Below are positions 50,106 through 63,292 of a stretch of 64,000 nt of DNA, in pieces; the first letter of the stretch is position 1; every line of letters begins with the position of its first letter. Source of the stretch: Camelus dromedarius (Eukaryota); assembly GCF_036321535.1 (NCBI RefSeq), contig NC_087438.1, positions 3,536,001 through 3,600,000 of the forward strand. Reading direction: 5' to 3'. Under the pieces are notes generated by a model. That model was not told where the DNA came from and searched no databases. It saw only the letters and a list, made by a program, of their open reading frames with translations. The translations under genes and the position numbers were made by a program.

Positions 50106-51200
50106 CTTTTTTTTTTTTAAATTAAGGCGTGATTGACACATGATAAAATATACCATTTTAGTGTGTACCATTTAGTGATTTTTTTTTTAGTACATTCACA
50201 AAGCTGGGCAACCATCACTGCTGTCTAATTCCAAAACATTTTTATCATCCCCCAAAGAAACCACATTATTCACAGTCAGGTCCTCAGCCTCTGGCAACCA
50301 CTAATTCCCTTTCTGTCCTCATGACTCTGACTACAGGTCACGTGAAAGGAATCTTACACTGTGTGGCCACTGCATCTGACCTCTTGCACTCCGCGTAACA
50401 TTCTCACCCTCCTTGTAACCTGCCTCACTGCTTCGTTCCTTTTCGTTGCAGTTAATAGAAATACCACCTTTTGTTTATCCGTTCATTGGTTGACGGAGAT
50501 TTGAGTTGTCTCCATTTTTTATTTCTATGAGTACTACGACTATGAACAACTGTGCACAAGTCTTTGCGTGGAGATATGTCTTCATTTCTCTTGGATTTCT
50601 AGCTATAGGAATAGAATAGCTCGGCCATACAGTCATCCTGCGTGTAACATTTTGAGGAACCGCCAAATTGTTTTCCAAAGAAATTGCACCACTTTGCCAG
50701 CCCCCCAGTACTGTGTAATAGCTCATGTTCTCCACGTCCTCCCCAGCACTTTTGTCACTTTCTGTCTTTTTGTACATCGGCCAGACCGATGGATGTGCTG
50801 TGGTGTCTCATGGTTTTGATCTGTGTGATCTGCATTTTCTGATGACTAATGATGTTAAGTACCTTTGCATATGCCAGGGGAACATCTGTCCATGTTCTTG
50901 GGGTAAATGAACACAAGCCCTGCGCCCCTTTTCAGTTCAGTGTCTTTGCATTATTGAGTTCTTTATACCCTGTGGATCAGTGTCTCATCAGATACATCAT
51001 TTCTAAATGTTTTCCCCTGTTCTGTGGGTTGTCTTTTCACTTCCTTGATTGTGTCCTTTGAAAAAACAAAAGTTAATTTTTATAAAATCCAATTGATCTA
51101 TTTTTTAAAGATGTCATTGTTTGTGCTATTGGTGTCCTATCAAAGAAATTAACTAATTCAAGGTGATAGAAATTCATGCTTATGTGTTCTTCCAAGAGCT
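50106..51200 (-). mobile_element. Old L1 (L1MB-like) ORF2 end plus 3' UTR
   Basis: Poly-T start. Minus ORF 50475-50777 (SAGEDVENMSYYTVLGGWQSGAISLENNLAVPQ...PREMKTYLHAKTCAQLFIVV) is a decayed L1 ORF2 C-terminus. Confidence 0.85.
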
Positions 51201-54200
51201 GAACTTTCTTTTGCTTCCAGTGATGAGCTACACTTTTCAAGGAGGGTGAGCAAAGGAGGAAAAGGATTACAGAGAAAGTAAGTCAGTTCATTTTATTATT
51301 TTCTAAGTAATCCCAAGAGATCTGTGCCTGACATGACAGAGAAGACCAGTACTTAACCTGGAAACTTGGAAACAGTTTCTGTGTATCTCGGGGCACCTCC
51401 TGAGCCTTCCTCCAGCGTCCCATCCTTACGCAGCACCTGCGTTCTCAGTGTCTGCGTCTTGTGTGTGTGATTTAGCTGAGTGTGGCTGTAGGTCAGGGCT
51501 TTGGAGCCCCCGGGCCTCCGGGTGCTGCCTCCTCCCGCCAGTCCTCCTCCTGCAGCTGACCTGCCTCCTTCTCTTCTTCCCTAGCAGCCCACCTGCTGCT
51601 GCATCCACTACAGCAAGACCCTGATGACTGGCCCTTGTCCCGTGTGTGGCTGTGCCGTGAAGCGCAGTGTGAGCTTCTCTAGGTCAAAACACACTCAAGA
51701 CAGACCTTTTGATGTTACATGTTACACTCTGAATCTTAAACCTCCTAAAGGGACAAATCGGCCTTTTTGGAGTCTTTCTTAAATCATCCCACACCCACAC
51801 CTGAGCCTCCCCAGGCCCTCCCATCCTAGGATGAACTGCAGAACCGGAAGCCTCCCAGCATAGGGCCAGCCTTGCCTGCAGACGGAAAGTGTTTTCCAGC
51901 CACCTGAACGTAATGCGCCACATGCCCTGGGCCCTCAGCGTGGGACTGACCTGTCCTCTCCCCCCCAGACACGGAACCAGCTCAGTTCCACCAAGTGACC
52001 TCCCTTTGTCTCCATTCTGGAATTCTCTGAGTGGGTCGTTCATGACTGCAGCCCGACCCCCACCCCAGGCCTTCAGGGCTCACAACTGTTGCCTACATAT
52101 TCAGGAAATTAAGACAAAATCAAATAAAAAGTCATTCAACCCACACATCCTGCCCTGGAAAACCCCAAACATTGTTCTTTCCCAGGCAACATCCTTCAGG
52201 CCCCACGTTGTCACTGACTGGATCACATCTGCCCCCCTCCGGAGGCTGCAGTTTCTCATTAATACACAGTGACTCCTGGAGGGTGTTTGGTTAGGCTTCT
52301 GTGGCCAAGCCGGGGCGACGGGGGCGGCGGGGGGATGGGGCAGTTAGAGGCGAATCTTGGCGTTTTACCCCATCCCTCCTCTCCACCCCTTTTACCAACT
52401 TATTTTTGACAGAAAAGAGAAGAAACTAACTTTCAGCACACACAAACACCACACTGGTAGCAACCTCTCAGATTCATGCAGCCAACAGATGAGCAGTTCT
52501 CATCACCGTGCACGTTAATTTGTGATCACTGCGTGTTTCAAAATGTTCGCTCGATGTCAAAACATTAGACACTTTTTAGCTCAGACCTTTCCTGCCAACG
52601 GCTGTTGACCGTCTACCCGCTGTCTTCTGACCAGCACTCCCAGGCTTTGCTCCATAGATTTAACACAAATGATCAACCACTCCCTGAATACAGGTGTAAA
52701 TTCACATTCTCTACACTTTGACCAGAATGGTGATGAAAATCAATCAAATGATTTAAAGGGAAAATGTACTAGATGAGCTTCGTACAAGGCAGATAGTAAT
52801 CATGAGGTCTACTCAGAGTACGTGATGGAAAACAGAAAAAAGATCTCCAAAATACCTGAAGAAAAAGTGTCCCTAACTCCTTTGGGAAATAAAGAACTAA
52901 CAGTATGTAGCCTACAAATATTCTTCTTTAGTTTGAACGATAGACTTTATGTTGATTCAATGTTTAGGACACAAAAATTATCAGAGGAATATGAAACTAC
53001 TAATAATATGTTTTATAACAGTAGCCCTCTAACTGGGAGCCAGGCAAGACGCTAAGTGTTTATAAACAGGAACCCAATTTTTATAAAGTAGTATTCGTGT
53101 TTTAATTGATGACACAGTAAAATTAAATTATTTTTGAGTGGCTGACCAGGGTCATCCGCATGGAGGTGGAGGACAATGGGTGTCATAAGCAGGTCCTTCC
53201 TGGCCTCCCCAGCCGAGCTCTTCACCATCAGAGCAGGTCTTGAGTCACAACCGGTGTGACTTTTTGGCCAAGAATCAGGCTGAAACAAAACCCAGCAAAT
53301 CTAGAGCTAAATTGGTGCAGTAAAGGCAGCACCGAAGCGTCCCCAAGACAGATCTTAAACGTAAACAAGTTGAGATACACACACATGCATATATATACCA
53401 TTTATACAATTTTTTTATATTTTAAAAAGTAAAGCTTGGGTGCGTGTGAGAGTGTTTGTAAAAACATAATAAAGGGGCCTGAACTAGCCTCACTCATTCT
53501 GAACTGAGTAAAATGGAACAGCCACCCTCCAGGTATCTTTCAAGAACGACTTTGAGCCTCTGCCACTTATTTGAAGCTCAGTTGGCAGAAATATGAATGG
53601 AGGTTTTCCTTCAGCAGAGCCTCCCCTCCATCCGTGGTCCCCTCCTCCCTGCCTTGGTTCAGCAGCGCCGGGGAAGAGTACAGAGCAGGGCTCGTCCATC
53701 CTGCGGAGGGCTTCCTCACCTCCAGACGACGTGCCCCGGCCGCTGTAGGAGACGGGCTGTGCCTCTACCCTGGGCAGCCGTGGAAGCCAGCATCCCGCAG
53801 GGTCCTCCCCCCAGGCGCCCCGGGGAGCAATGTCTTCACATCTCAGCTGCTGGGACATTCCTTCTGAACAACTCACTGATTTTTTATTTTATGGGGACTA
53901 TGACTAGTAAACATTCATGTTTCTGCTAATTCTTCTGGCAAATAAAATTGGGGACCTGTGTCTAGCAGACCGCGGCACATTGTCATTTCATAGCCCTGGT
54001 TCCACGGCCTTTCTCTGCTCAGTGTCCTTTTTCCCAGATGCCCTCAGCTGCTAATTCTGTTATCCTATATTTATTGTTGTAAGAAACCCTCAAAGTCTTT
54101 GCTGATCTAAGTAGACTTACATAAATAGATGGTTCTTTGTTTTAGAAAATGAAAGATTATTAATATTCTAGGGCTTCTAAAATGAGAGTATACATCCTGG

Positions 54201-54519
54201 AGGGACCCTAGAAGATTCCAAGTCGTGCATGGAGACACATTTTTTTTATTTCAATGTTTTCATATCTATTTTAATATATTTTAGGGCACACACACTCACA
54301 TACACATACACGCATGTATTTCATTATACTCATGACCTCTTTGATAGATACTATTAGTTAGGGCAAGCAAGTAGCACCTATTTGATTTTTTTAATTGAGT
54401 CAATTTAATATTATTTTTTATTATTTTAATTATTATTCTCATTATTACATAATATTAAAGATTATTTTCATGGGAGGCAAAATCATGAAGAACTTCCTTG
54501 AGTGACACAAGTTCGGGAG

Positions 54520-54900
54520 ATATGAATGCCCCAACACAACGAGAAGTTCCTATAACTGGACAGAGATAATCTTTAACTTAGAAAATCTGGCTGTATGCCG
54601 TTACACGTGCCACATCTATAACATCAGGGTACGCAGAACTTGCAAGAAGAAAAATGGGAAGAAAAGCTGTACCGAGAAAATACTAATGTAACTACAGGGG
54701 GGTCAGCTCCGCTTGTGTCAGACACCAAGGCAGAGAACGAAGGTCACATTCACGAGAAGGGGAAGGACAGGAAGATACATGCTTAAAAACGTGTATACAC
54801 CTAATAACAGAGACTCAGAACAGATAAAGCAAAAACTGCCCAAAGCACGAGGTGGACAACCACACCACAGGGGGGACACTGCGAAGAAAGAGAAGCGGGC
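54520..54900 (+). mobile_element. Ancient L1 ORF2 endonuclease-region fragment
   Basis: Translation NVYTPNNRDSEQIKQKLPKARG resembles the L1 endonuclease motif NIYAPN...KQKL. Confidence 0.6.
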
Positions 54901-55464
54901 GAGCAGCCTGTGCCTGCCACAGGGGCGTAAAACCGCGCAGCGTGTCTGGGGGACACTGAGTGCCAGCACGCGGGGCAGGGACTGCCGCTCAGGGAGGGAC
55001 TGAGGACCAGACTGCACCTGACGCCACAAAGGGCTTGGAAAGTGGGTGGGGGGCTTGAACTTCTTCCCCAGGGGCCGAGGACTCCCAGCTGTGTTCACGG
55101 GGGACAGGGGAGGGGGCAGCACGATCAGACTGTCTGGGAAGAATTGCTCTGTAAGTGTGGGGTTAGTGAATGCCCCTCTGAAACACTGAAGCAGACAGGG
55201 AACTGCCCCAATAGACGGAGTCGCTGCAGCCTGGGGCGAAGTGGAAATGAAAACAGTTGTTCGCTAAAGACCCGTCCCACTCTCTGAGCCCGTGATCTTG
55301 AGTTTAGATTAGTCTGGGTTTTTGTTTCTTAGCTCAAATATTACCCCTCCGCTGGACTGAGCAGCTGTGGGCCAGGCAGCCCAGCCTCTCCCCACGTGTT
55401 TCTTGGTGAGCACTCCATGTGTGTCGCTCTCCCCTAAGTCCAGACGGCCCCTCTTTGGAGAGAT

Positions 55465-55923
55465 GAGGTAGGCTGAGCAGTGGCCCCAGAAGGGGTCGGG
55501 TCCTCATCCCCAGGGCTGGAGATACCATCCTTTACAAGGCGAAAGAGACTGCAGATGAGGCTGAGGATCCTGAGATGGGGAGACCTTCCTGGATTATCTC
55601 AGGGGGAGGCAGAGGGAGATTTGACCACAGAAGTAGCGATGGTGATGACAGAACAGAGATTTGAAAGGGCTAGTCTTAAAGATGTGAGTGACGCAGACAC
55701 GAGCCCAGGACCGCCTCCCGACACTAGGCGCTGAGAGACACAGGATGGGTTCTCCCCGAGAGCCTCCAGAGGGGGCACAGCCCTGCGGAGCCTTCTCTTC
55801 TCCCCTGTGACGCTGATCTCAGACGTCAGGCCTCCAGAACCAGGAGGGAGCAAATGGGGGTGATTATAAGCCATCAAGTCAAGTCTGGGGTTATTTGTCA
55901 CAGAAGTCCTAGGACACTAACCA
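55465..55923 (+). mobile_element. MLT1D-like MaLR LTR
   Basis: gaggatcctgagatggggagaccttcctggattatc...agagcctccagaggg...ggcctccagaac...gttatttgtcacagaagtcctaggacactaa. Confidence 0.78.
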
Positions 55924-58115
55924 GAGGGCCCCATCGTAAGGTACCTGGTGTGGGGGAGCAGGGAGGCGAGCTAGCCCTAAGGTGCCGATGACCAAATTAG
56001 CCGGCACTTCCTTAGAAGCTACTGGGAGCCTGGCCTGTCGAGGTGCAGCGTGAACACACAGATGACCAACACTCAGGGCTCAGTGACCCAGCCCGAAGCC
56101 CTGTGCTCTGAGTTCTAGAGTGTTCATCTGCATGAACCCTGACAGAGAGGGGGCATGGGGGAAAATTTGGGAACAGATATGGGCAAGTAGGAAAAAGTCC
56201 TCAAAGTTTCTGGTAAAAAGCTTAGAGAAAAATTTTAATTTCTCTAAACGCATTCTTCTCCGGGGGCTACTTTCCAAGAAGCAGCCCCTTCCCTGTGCCC
56301 CCGCCTTGTCCATTCCAGGAGAGACGGGGACACTTAGCAGGGACACAGGGAGCCCAGAGCCACCCACATCCTGTCGGAGAGTGCAGCGGTAACAGCCTTG
56401 CAGAAGAATCTGCTGGAACAAAACGGGGGTCTGCGTCCACTGCACCCAAAGAAATAGGCTCAGTTCCGTGTCCAGGTTAGCATCCTGGTGCTGAGAGACT
56501 TCATCCCAATTCTGTAACCAGAAAAAAGAGGAAAATTATCTTCTACTTGACGAGCTCATGAGACCTGGGAGGGTGTCATTCTGCACATGTGCCCATGAAG
56601 TGGCACAGCGATTGACGACTGACGTTGAACCTTTAATCTATTTATTGGTTGGGGTCCACGAGCTGTAGGTGGGTGGTTTGCCTCTGCATCTCCAGCGTCA
56701 CAAATTGCTGGCTCCAGGGCCAAGACTCACGCACAGAGAACTTTTGTTTGGTCCACAGTTTTTTCCTTTTACGAAACATGTGTATGCCTTTGGGTGAACT
56801 GTGCATACTCTGACAGGCCAGCCTCTCCAGGGCCGGTTCTCTCACAGTCTGCCGCTCTGTGGGAGATGCCCTTGCCTGCATCCTAACGTGCTTGAGTGCA
56901 AGACCCTTGTTTCACCAAAGTGCAACATTCACTCACATCAGAATGGTCACCTTTTTTTTTTTTGGCTAAAGGAGACAAGTAGCAAGAATCAACGCAGTCA
57001 CAATTTATAAACTGCGCCTACAGAATCATCAGTGTTGGAGCAACCCATTATTTGCTGATCTCCGGTGACCGTTAGGTGATAGCTGTATTTGATCTGAGGT
57101 CACCAAGTGTAAATATATTTATACGCATGTGTTTTTTGTTTTTTGGGTTTTTTTTTGGTAGTTGGAAGAGATTTAGTGAGCATCTGATTTTTCCTTTGAT
57201 AGAACTAAGGATGGAAGAGGAATTTGCACATAATGGAAATGCTTGACTTCTGAGTTGTTTGTTTTGTTTTGTTGGCTTTGGATTTTTTCTTCTTTTTTTT
57301 TTTAATCTTTCCCTTTGAATGCAGTGAGAGGCAACCCTTTCTCCTGAATTCCCAGCCCCACCTCCACCTGCTGAGAGGCACTTCCTGGAACACTGCTGGT
57401 GCTGCAGCCTAATAGGATGCACCTGCCGTGTATGCAAATGACACAAGTGCAGTCATTTGTGATTCGATGAGCCTGCATTGTATGCAAATGTGCAGGTGCA
57501 AGCATTTATGCTGATATAAAGATGACTCATCCCCTGGCCTCAAGCACCAAGATTCAGCTGAAGATGGTGAGACAGTCAGAAAATGTGAAGGGAAGGAGAG
57601 ACGTGGCAGAAGCGGAGAGGTGCCAAGAGATGCTGAGATTCCCTAGAGACTGTCAGCTGTTTGAACACTCAAGCAACAGAGTTAGGACAAGGAGACCAAC
57701 CGTGATCACACTGTTTCTGTGATTATAAAACGCTCAGCTCTGAAACCCCCTTTTAATTAGTGACAGCTTTGCTGAGGACATTCCTGGGGTAGAGACGTTA
57801 GCCAGAAGAAACTAAAATGTGCACGTTAATAATAATAAAAAACAGAGTAGCATCCACTCAATGTCTGTCTTTAGCATCACAAACTGAGTCTAAACCTTTT
57901 CATATTCAGGCCAGAGATTCCTTGGAATCCCGTTTTTGGTTGGTAACTATCCCAACAGAAATGACCAGGTGACAGGAGGGGACCTCTGTACCCTTTGGAT
58001 GCACTCCTTTGTGTTGGGCACTACCATGACCTTGATTCTGTTCTGGGGGCTGAATGGATAGTGGCAAACAAAACAGCTAAACGTCCTTTCATTCTAGTGG
58101 TGGGCAAACATACCC

Positions 58116-58420
58116 CATCATGGGCTGAATTGTGTCCTCTTAAATTCAGAAGTTGAAGTCTTACCCCCACTGCATCAGAATGAGACCTTATTTGGAAATA
58201 GAGTCTTTGCGATGTAATTATGTTAAAATGAGGGTAGATCAGGATAAAAAGGGTGCCCTTATAATAGGGAGAATTTGGACACACAGACACGTACTGGGGA
58301 GAAGGCAATGACATGAAAGTAGATGTTGGAGTGAGGCTGCTACCAGCTGAAGATTGCCAGCAACCCCCAGAAGCCAGAGGAGAGGCCATGACCAGATTTC
58401 CTCCCACAACCTCAGGATAC
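58116..58420 (+). mobile_element. MLT1B/C-like MaLR LTR
   Basis: atgggctgaattgtgtcctc...gttgaagtcttacccc...gaccttatttggaaatagagtctttgc...gattgccagcaacccccagaagc. Confidence 0.78.
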
Positions 58421-58509
58421 ACAGGGGTCAGCACACACACCACGCACAAGCACACCATGTCCGTACTTTTCAGTGCTACGGATTTAAGTGCAGAGGAGCT
58501 CTGGGGCCT

Positions 58510-59090
58510 GGGCTGATGAGGGGAGGGAGGGTCGCTACTGCACAGGGAAGCCTCACTCTTCACGGACGGTTGAGATCAAAAAAAAAAGGAGAAAGGAGCA
58601 GGACATGCATATGGAGAAGATCACGCTGGTCAGAAGGGACAGCAGAACCCCACCTGGAGAGGGTGAGAAATGCCGTGGAGGCAGGGAGGTCGGGCGGGAG
58701 CTGGGTCAGTGGTTGGGGGCACCATATTGTAGGAGCCCTTGGACCACAGTGTTCACATGCACCTGAATGAGCAGGGTACAGGGCAGGACGGTGGGGTGGT
58801 GGCTAAGGAGGGCTGCAATTGGTAAAATCACTCTGGCTGCTCTAAGCAGAAGGGGTGAGATGAGATGGCAGAGCCGGAGAGGCCGGCTGAGGGGTTATGG
58901 AAGCCGTCTGGATGGGAGGGGCTGGCGGTGATAAGCCAGAGGCCACGCGTGGATCCATTCTGGAGGTGGGGACAAGAAGACTTGTTGATGGATGGGATGT
59001 AGGTGTGAGCGGAGAGAGGGGCCCAGGATGACGCCCAGGTTTGGGGCCCGCGCAGCTGCAAGGATGGGTGGGCTCCCTGCGGTGACTGGA
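58510..59090 (-). mobile_element. L2 fragment
   Basis: aaaatcactctggctgct...gacttgttgatggatgggatgt...ggatgacgcccaggttt, antisense L2 motifs. Confidence 0.6.
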
Positions 59091-62000
59091 CCGGGACAAA
59101 GGCAGAACCAGTGCTCAGAGCACAGCGCAGTTGCGGGACGGAAAGTGCTGAAGAGCGCTAGGTTTTCTTGTATAGCTTTTATCTGGTCAAATGTTTTCCT
59201 CTTTAAACCGTGTATTGTTGCAAGTTAAACAGCAGCTCTTGGATGCCAGCCTGAAGGTTCCGGCAGATCTACCCTCACCTCTGACACACTACCCGACACC
59301 CTGAGCTTCCCCCACCAGCACCTGGAGGCTGAGCAACCCTCACTGCCTTCAGCTGCGCGGACTGCCAGCCGACAGGCAATCGTCTGGGTGCACACAACTT
59401 CTCCCAGCTGCGGCCATCTATTCTAGGACAGTTCAAGCCGTAAGTAGGTGTCCAAACATCTAAGGTAAAATCCAGCAGTGTGAGTCACAGCCAAGGGGAC
59501 TAGGATGTCCACTGGATGAACAGTGTGCCCCTGAGACACACACACACACTGTATGTATTCTTAGAAAATGAGGCCGTGAGAATTGTGATGGTTGGGTATA
59601 AACCAGCTGACCTTGTAAAGAGCAACTTACCTGAAAGTTCAAATAGAACCCTTGTGTCTGAGAAGGACCAGTGTCCGGGAAAGAATCCTAACAAGGAGAG
59701 AAAAAGGATAGAGCCACCCGTTCACTCTAATGGTCAAGATAAGGAAGAGCCCAGGAGTGTTTGCGTCTCCCCCGCGGTCCAGCAATGGGAACGGCAGAGC
59801 AGGCTGGAGTCCCCACACACCCTGCACTGGGTCTCTGCCCGTCGTCCAGAAAGCAACCTGTGTCTCCCTTACCAGCTTCTCTGCCTTGGCTCACAGAAAA
59901 ATTTAGGACCCCCAAACTTTTGTTGTCAATAGTCCTTGGACATCTGAGCTATCCAAAGACCTACCAACACCGCACAGGGGAGAAGGGTTATCATGACAAG
60001 TCAGGGCACAGGCTTCATGGTCCACGGAGCCTCTCCCTCAGCTGCCCCCTCACAGCTGACCTCCTCCCCTGAAGCCCCCTTATCCACGAGACCCGTCAAC
60101 TCTCGGTGGGCCGTGCAGCTCCAACCCTCCGAATGCGCGGCTAGAGAAGATGCACTGAGAAACATTTTGCGGGAAAAATGTGTGTTGGGCAACTCTGGCA
60201 TAAGCTGGAGTTTGGAAGAGGGAAAATAGCAGACAGAAAGCAGGGGAGTGAGCGGACACCTTGTTGAAACCTGGAGTCTTTCCCTGTGGCCCCTGGGCTC
60301 GCTCAGGTGGGGGAGCCCCAGAACCTGGGAGTGAGAACTCTATAGTGTGGGGTGAGGGTAAGAGATAAAGTAGGTGCGGGGGAGGATGTGGACAAAGTGC
60401 ACTCCCAGCCTCCAGGGCATCCCCGAGGGAAGGATTCTTTGAGATTTCCTGGCATCTCAGAGGAATGGTTAATTTTTCCCAAGCTCTGCTTGACCGTGGG
60501 CTTTCGCATTCCCAGGGGAGACACTGCCTGAGTGTCTGTGCCAGAGCAGCCCGCCGTGGTCTCCACGCAGGGTTTTTTGTTCGTTAGTTTTGTTTTGGGG
60601 TTTTTTCTCCTGATGCCTGTGATTCGGTCCCAGATCTTGTAACCTTTCTCAGGCACTTTGTGCTAAGATCCCAGCGACACGCCCGGGCAAGTGTCAAGAC
60701 GAGTGACGAATGGCCTTTCCAGGCCAACGTGATATTTATGAATCGCAGTGAGTGTCTCTGGCTGAGCTATAAACGTCTTAGGGCTCCTTCATGCTGCCCG
60801 GCAGTGTCAACAGTCCCCAGTGCTTGTCTGACCCCACGTCCGTCTGGCTGATTCCAGGCTGGCGAGCTGTGTCTGGGCAGGGGGCAGGGGTCAGGGCCCC
60901 CTGAGCAAGGGGGCTCTTTGGTCGCCCTTCTGCTGCCGCGAGGAACATCCAGTGACTTGTCTGGCACTGGAGCCCACGGGGGATCTGTCACCTGGATGGG
61001 GACCAGCCGTTCCCCTGGGGTAGTCCCCTCAGCAGACAGACATCCGGCCTCACTCTGCAGAATCCCCGGGGCCACGCGGCCCTCACCCCCATCGCCAGAC
61101 AAACAGCCATTGGTTCTCACTCTTGGGGCTCAGAGGTGCGAGTGTTCGTTCACTTTGCTCCTCTGGAAAAGCTCCTTCCAGAGTTAAGCGGAAAGCAGAT
61201 CTTCTCAAAATTCATCAGTGGCTTTTAAACTTTTCTGTAAGTTTTACCATTGTCTAAAAGGCCTTGCAAATAGGGGAGAATATAGTGCTTTTTGAAATAC
61301 CAGCTTTTCTCTCGGCTGTTCTGCCCTGACCTCTCCTGCTGGTCCAGCCACCACCCACCCTGTGCGCCCCACGCGGCCAGTCCTCCAAGCCTGGCGAGCT
61401 CAGTCCCCGGTTCCTCTGCACCTGCTTTTACTTACTTCTCTTCAGCTCATTTTTAAAATTTTAACTATGAAACATTTCAAACGTATAGAAAATGACATAA
61501 AGACATCGATGTACTCACATCCAGTGCCCTGGAGAGGAGCGGACTGCTCGATGCTCCCCGTAGGCCCCAAGGCCCCAGCCGGCCGCCCCAGGGGACTCCC
61601 GTCCGCTCCCACCCAGGCCTCCAGGCAGCCCTCTCCCTCCTGAGAGCTCGGGCGTCCCCCCGCGGCTGCCCGCATGCTTGGGCCACGGCCACGGTACACA
61701 GGAGCTGCCGCCCTCCCAGCGAGGACACGTCCCAGCAGGGATGTTGGAGGGTGGGAGGCCAAGTAAGAGCCGTGCCCTGGGCAACAAGTGGCTTATCATC
61801 CGCACCTCCTCTGATCACAGAAAAGTCCGAGAAGCAACAGGAACAGATCCTTTTTCCTTAAAATCCAGGCTCTTTCCCTCGGGATGCAAGCTCGTCCATA
61901 AGCTCTCGCAGACCACTCCCCAGTGGGGGGCCAGCTGCCCCCTGAGCTCCACCTCAAGCCACCACCCCTGCCACTTTTGCGGTGCCTCATGACAGCATGA

Positions 62001-62607
62001 AAAGCTGCCATTGGGTCAAGCCCCAATTCCGTTCTCGGCTCACTGCATGGCTGGGACCGCTCGTTTGCACACCCTGCCTCAGCCCTGCTCCTTTCTTTCC
62101 CTTCTCCTCAGACAGGGCCACTGACTAGTCTCCTTTCTCGATGGAATCAACCTATGGTTTTCCTCCCAACACTGAATCAGACTCACTCTCTTCCCGTAGT
62201 CATGACTGCCCATCCAGCCAGCTCTGTTCTTCGGAAGGGGGCGAGACCTCCCAGGGCCCCTTTGAAATGCAGATGTTGAGTTAAGCACTGGGGAGGCTAA
62301 TTCTTGCACAACTGTGTGACTTGGTGAGGGGGGCGGGCTCTGTCCATCCAGACCTACCGGAGCACGGCGTCACCCCGTGGAAAGGGAGTGAGTTCTGCAA
62401 AGGAAATCAGGGTTCATTTGATGGAAGGAGCAGGAAGGAAAACCTCAAGGAGGAGGAGACACCAAAAACATGAGTCCTCCACTGGGCTTTAATCCTGCCT
62501 TCACCAACCTGTCATTTGGAAGAAACCACGATGAAACGTGAACACCCTTTAATCTCCGGTGGCCGGCTGCCAGCAGCTGATCATCTCCGAGGTTTTACCT
62601 TGATTCC

Positions 62608-63063
62608 TGTGGACAAAGAATGTCACCTGCTACATCAGTAAAAGAAGGCCATCAGGCCATCAGCCACTGCAGCTGCCTCCACCCGTGCACCCCGAGAGCA
62701 GAAGAGCAAGCTCCCCGCCCTCGGGGCTGGCAGTGCGTGTCAGAGGGATGACTGCGAGCAGCCCAGTCTCTTGCATCTCCTCATACACAGAGACCTGCTA
62801 AAGTCATTAACTTGAGGTGTCTTTTTTTGTTTTCTTTTATTAGCAGTAATCTTTTGATGTTCGACTGTTTTTTTTGGTTTTCGTTTTTTGTTTTTTTTTT
62901 TTTTTCCAAAAAAACCCTGTATATCCTGGCTCCTCCCTTGCCTCTTCAGAACAGGCTCTTACTGCTGTCTGAGAGGCTGTCTCCCAGGCTGAAGTCCTCA
63001 GCATGTTCTCTGAATGAAATATAACTCTCAACTTTCAGGTTGTACTTTTTTTTTCAGTCAACA
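62608..63063 (+). mobile_element. Solo ERV1-class LTR, same family as 38830-39308
   Basis: TGTGGAC...GTCAACA. Shares ttaacttgag, gctcctccc..cctcttc, ctgagaggctgtc and ataactNtcaacttt.aggYtg with the 38830 copy. TSD not clean. Confidence 0.8.
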
Positions 63064-63292
63064 CACCTTAGTGACTTTCATAACTTTTATGAAGCTTTCT
63101 CAGCTTTTAAAACTTTATTCCATTTATCTTATGCTTATGAAGGTACCATCACATCCCAACCCCTTCTCTTCATTAGCCCTAAACTTGAACTTCAGTGTGA
63201 TACTAACCCCGATATTAATCACTGTGACTAACATTATCCCTTAATGGTAGGTCTAAGAAACTTACATCTTTTCATCATTTCCAAACTTCCTC

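Noticed and set aside
59516..59932. 138-aa ORF with hydrophilic, protein-like composition
   Set aside because: No recognisable family, no supporting splice structure, poly(A) tail or TSD.
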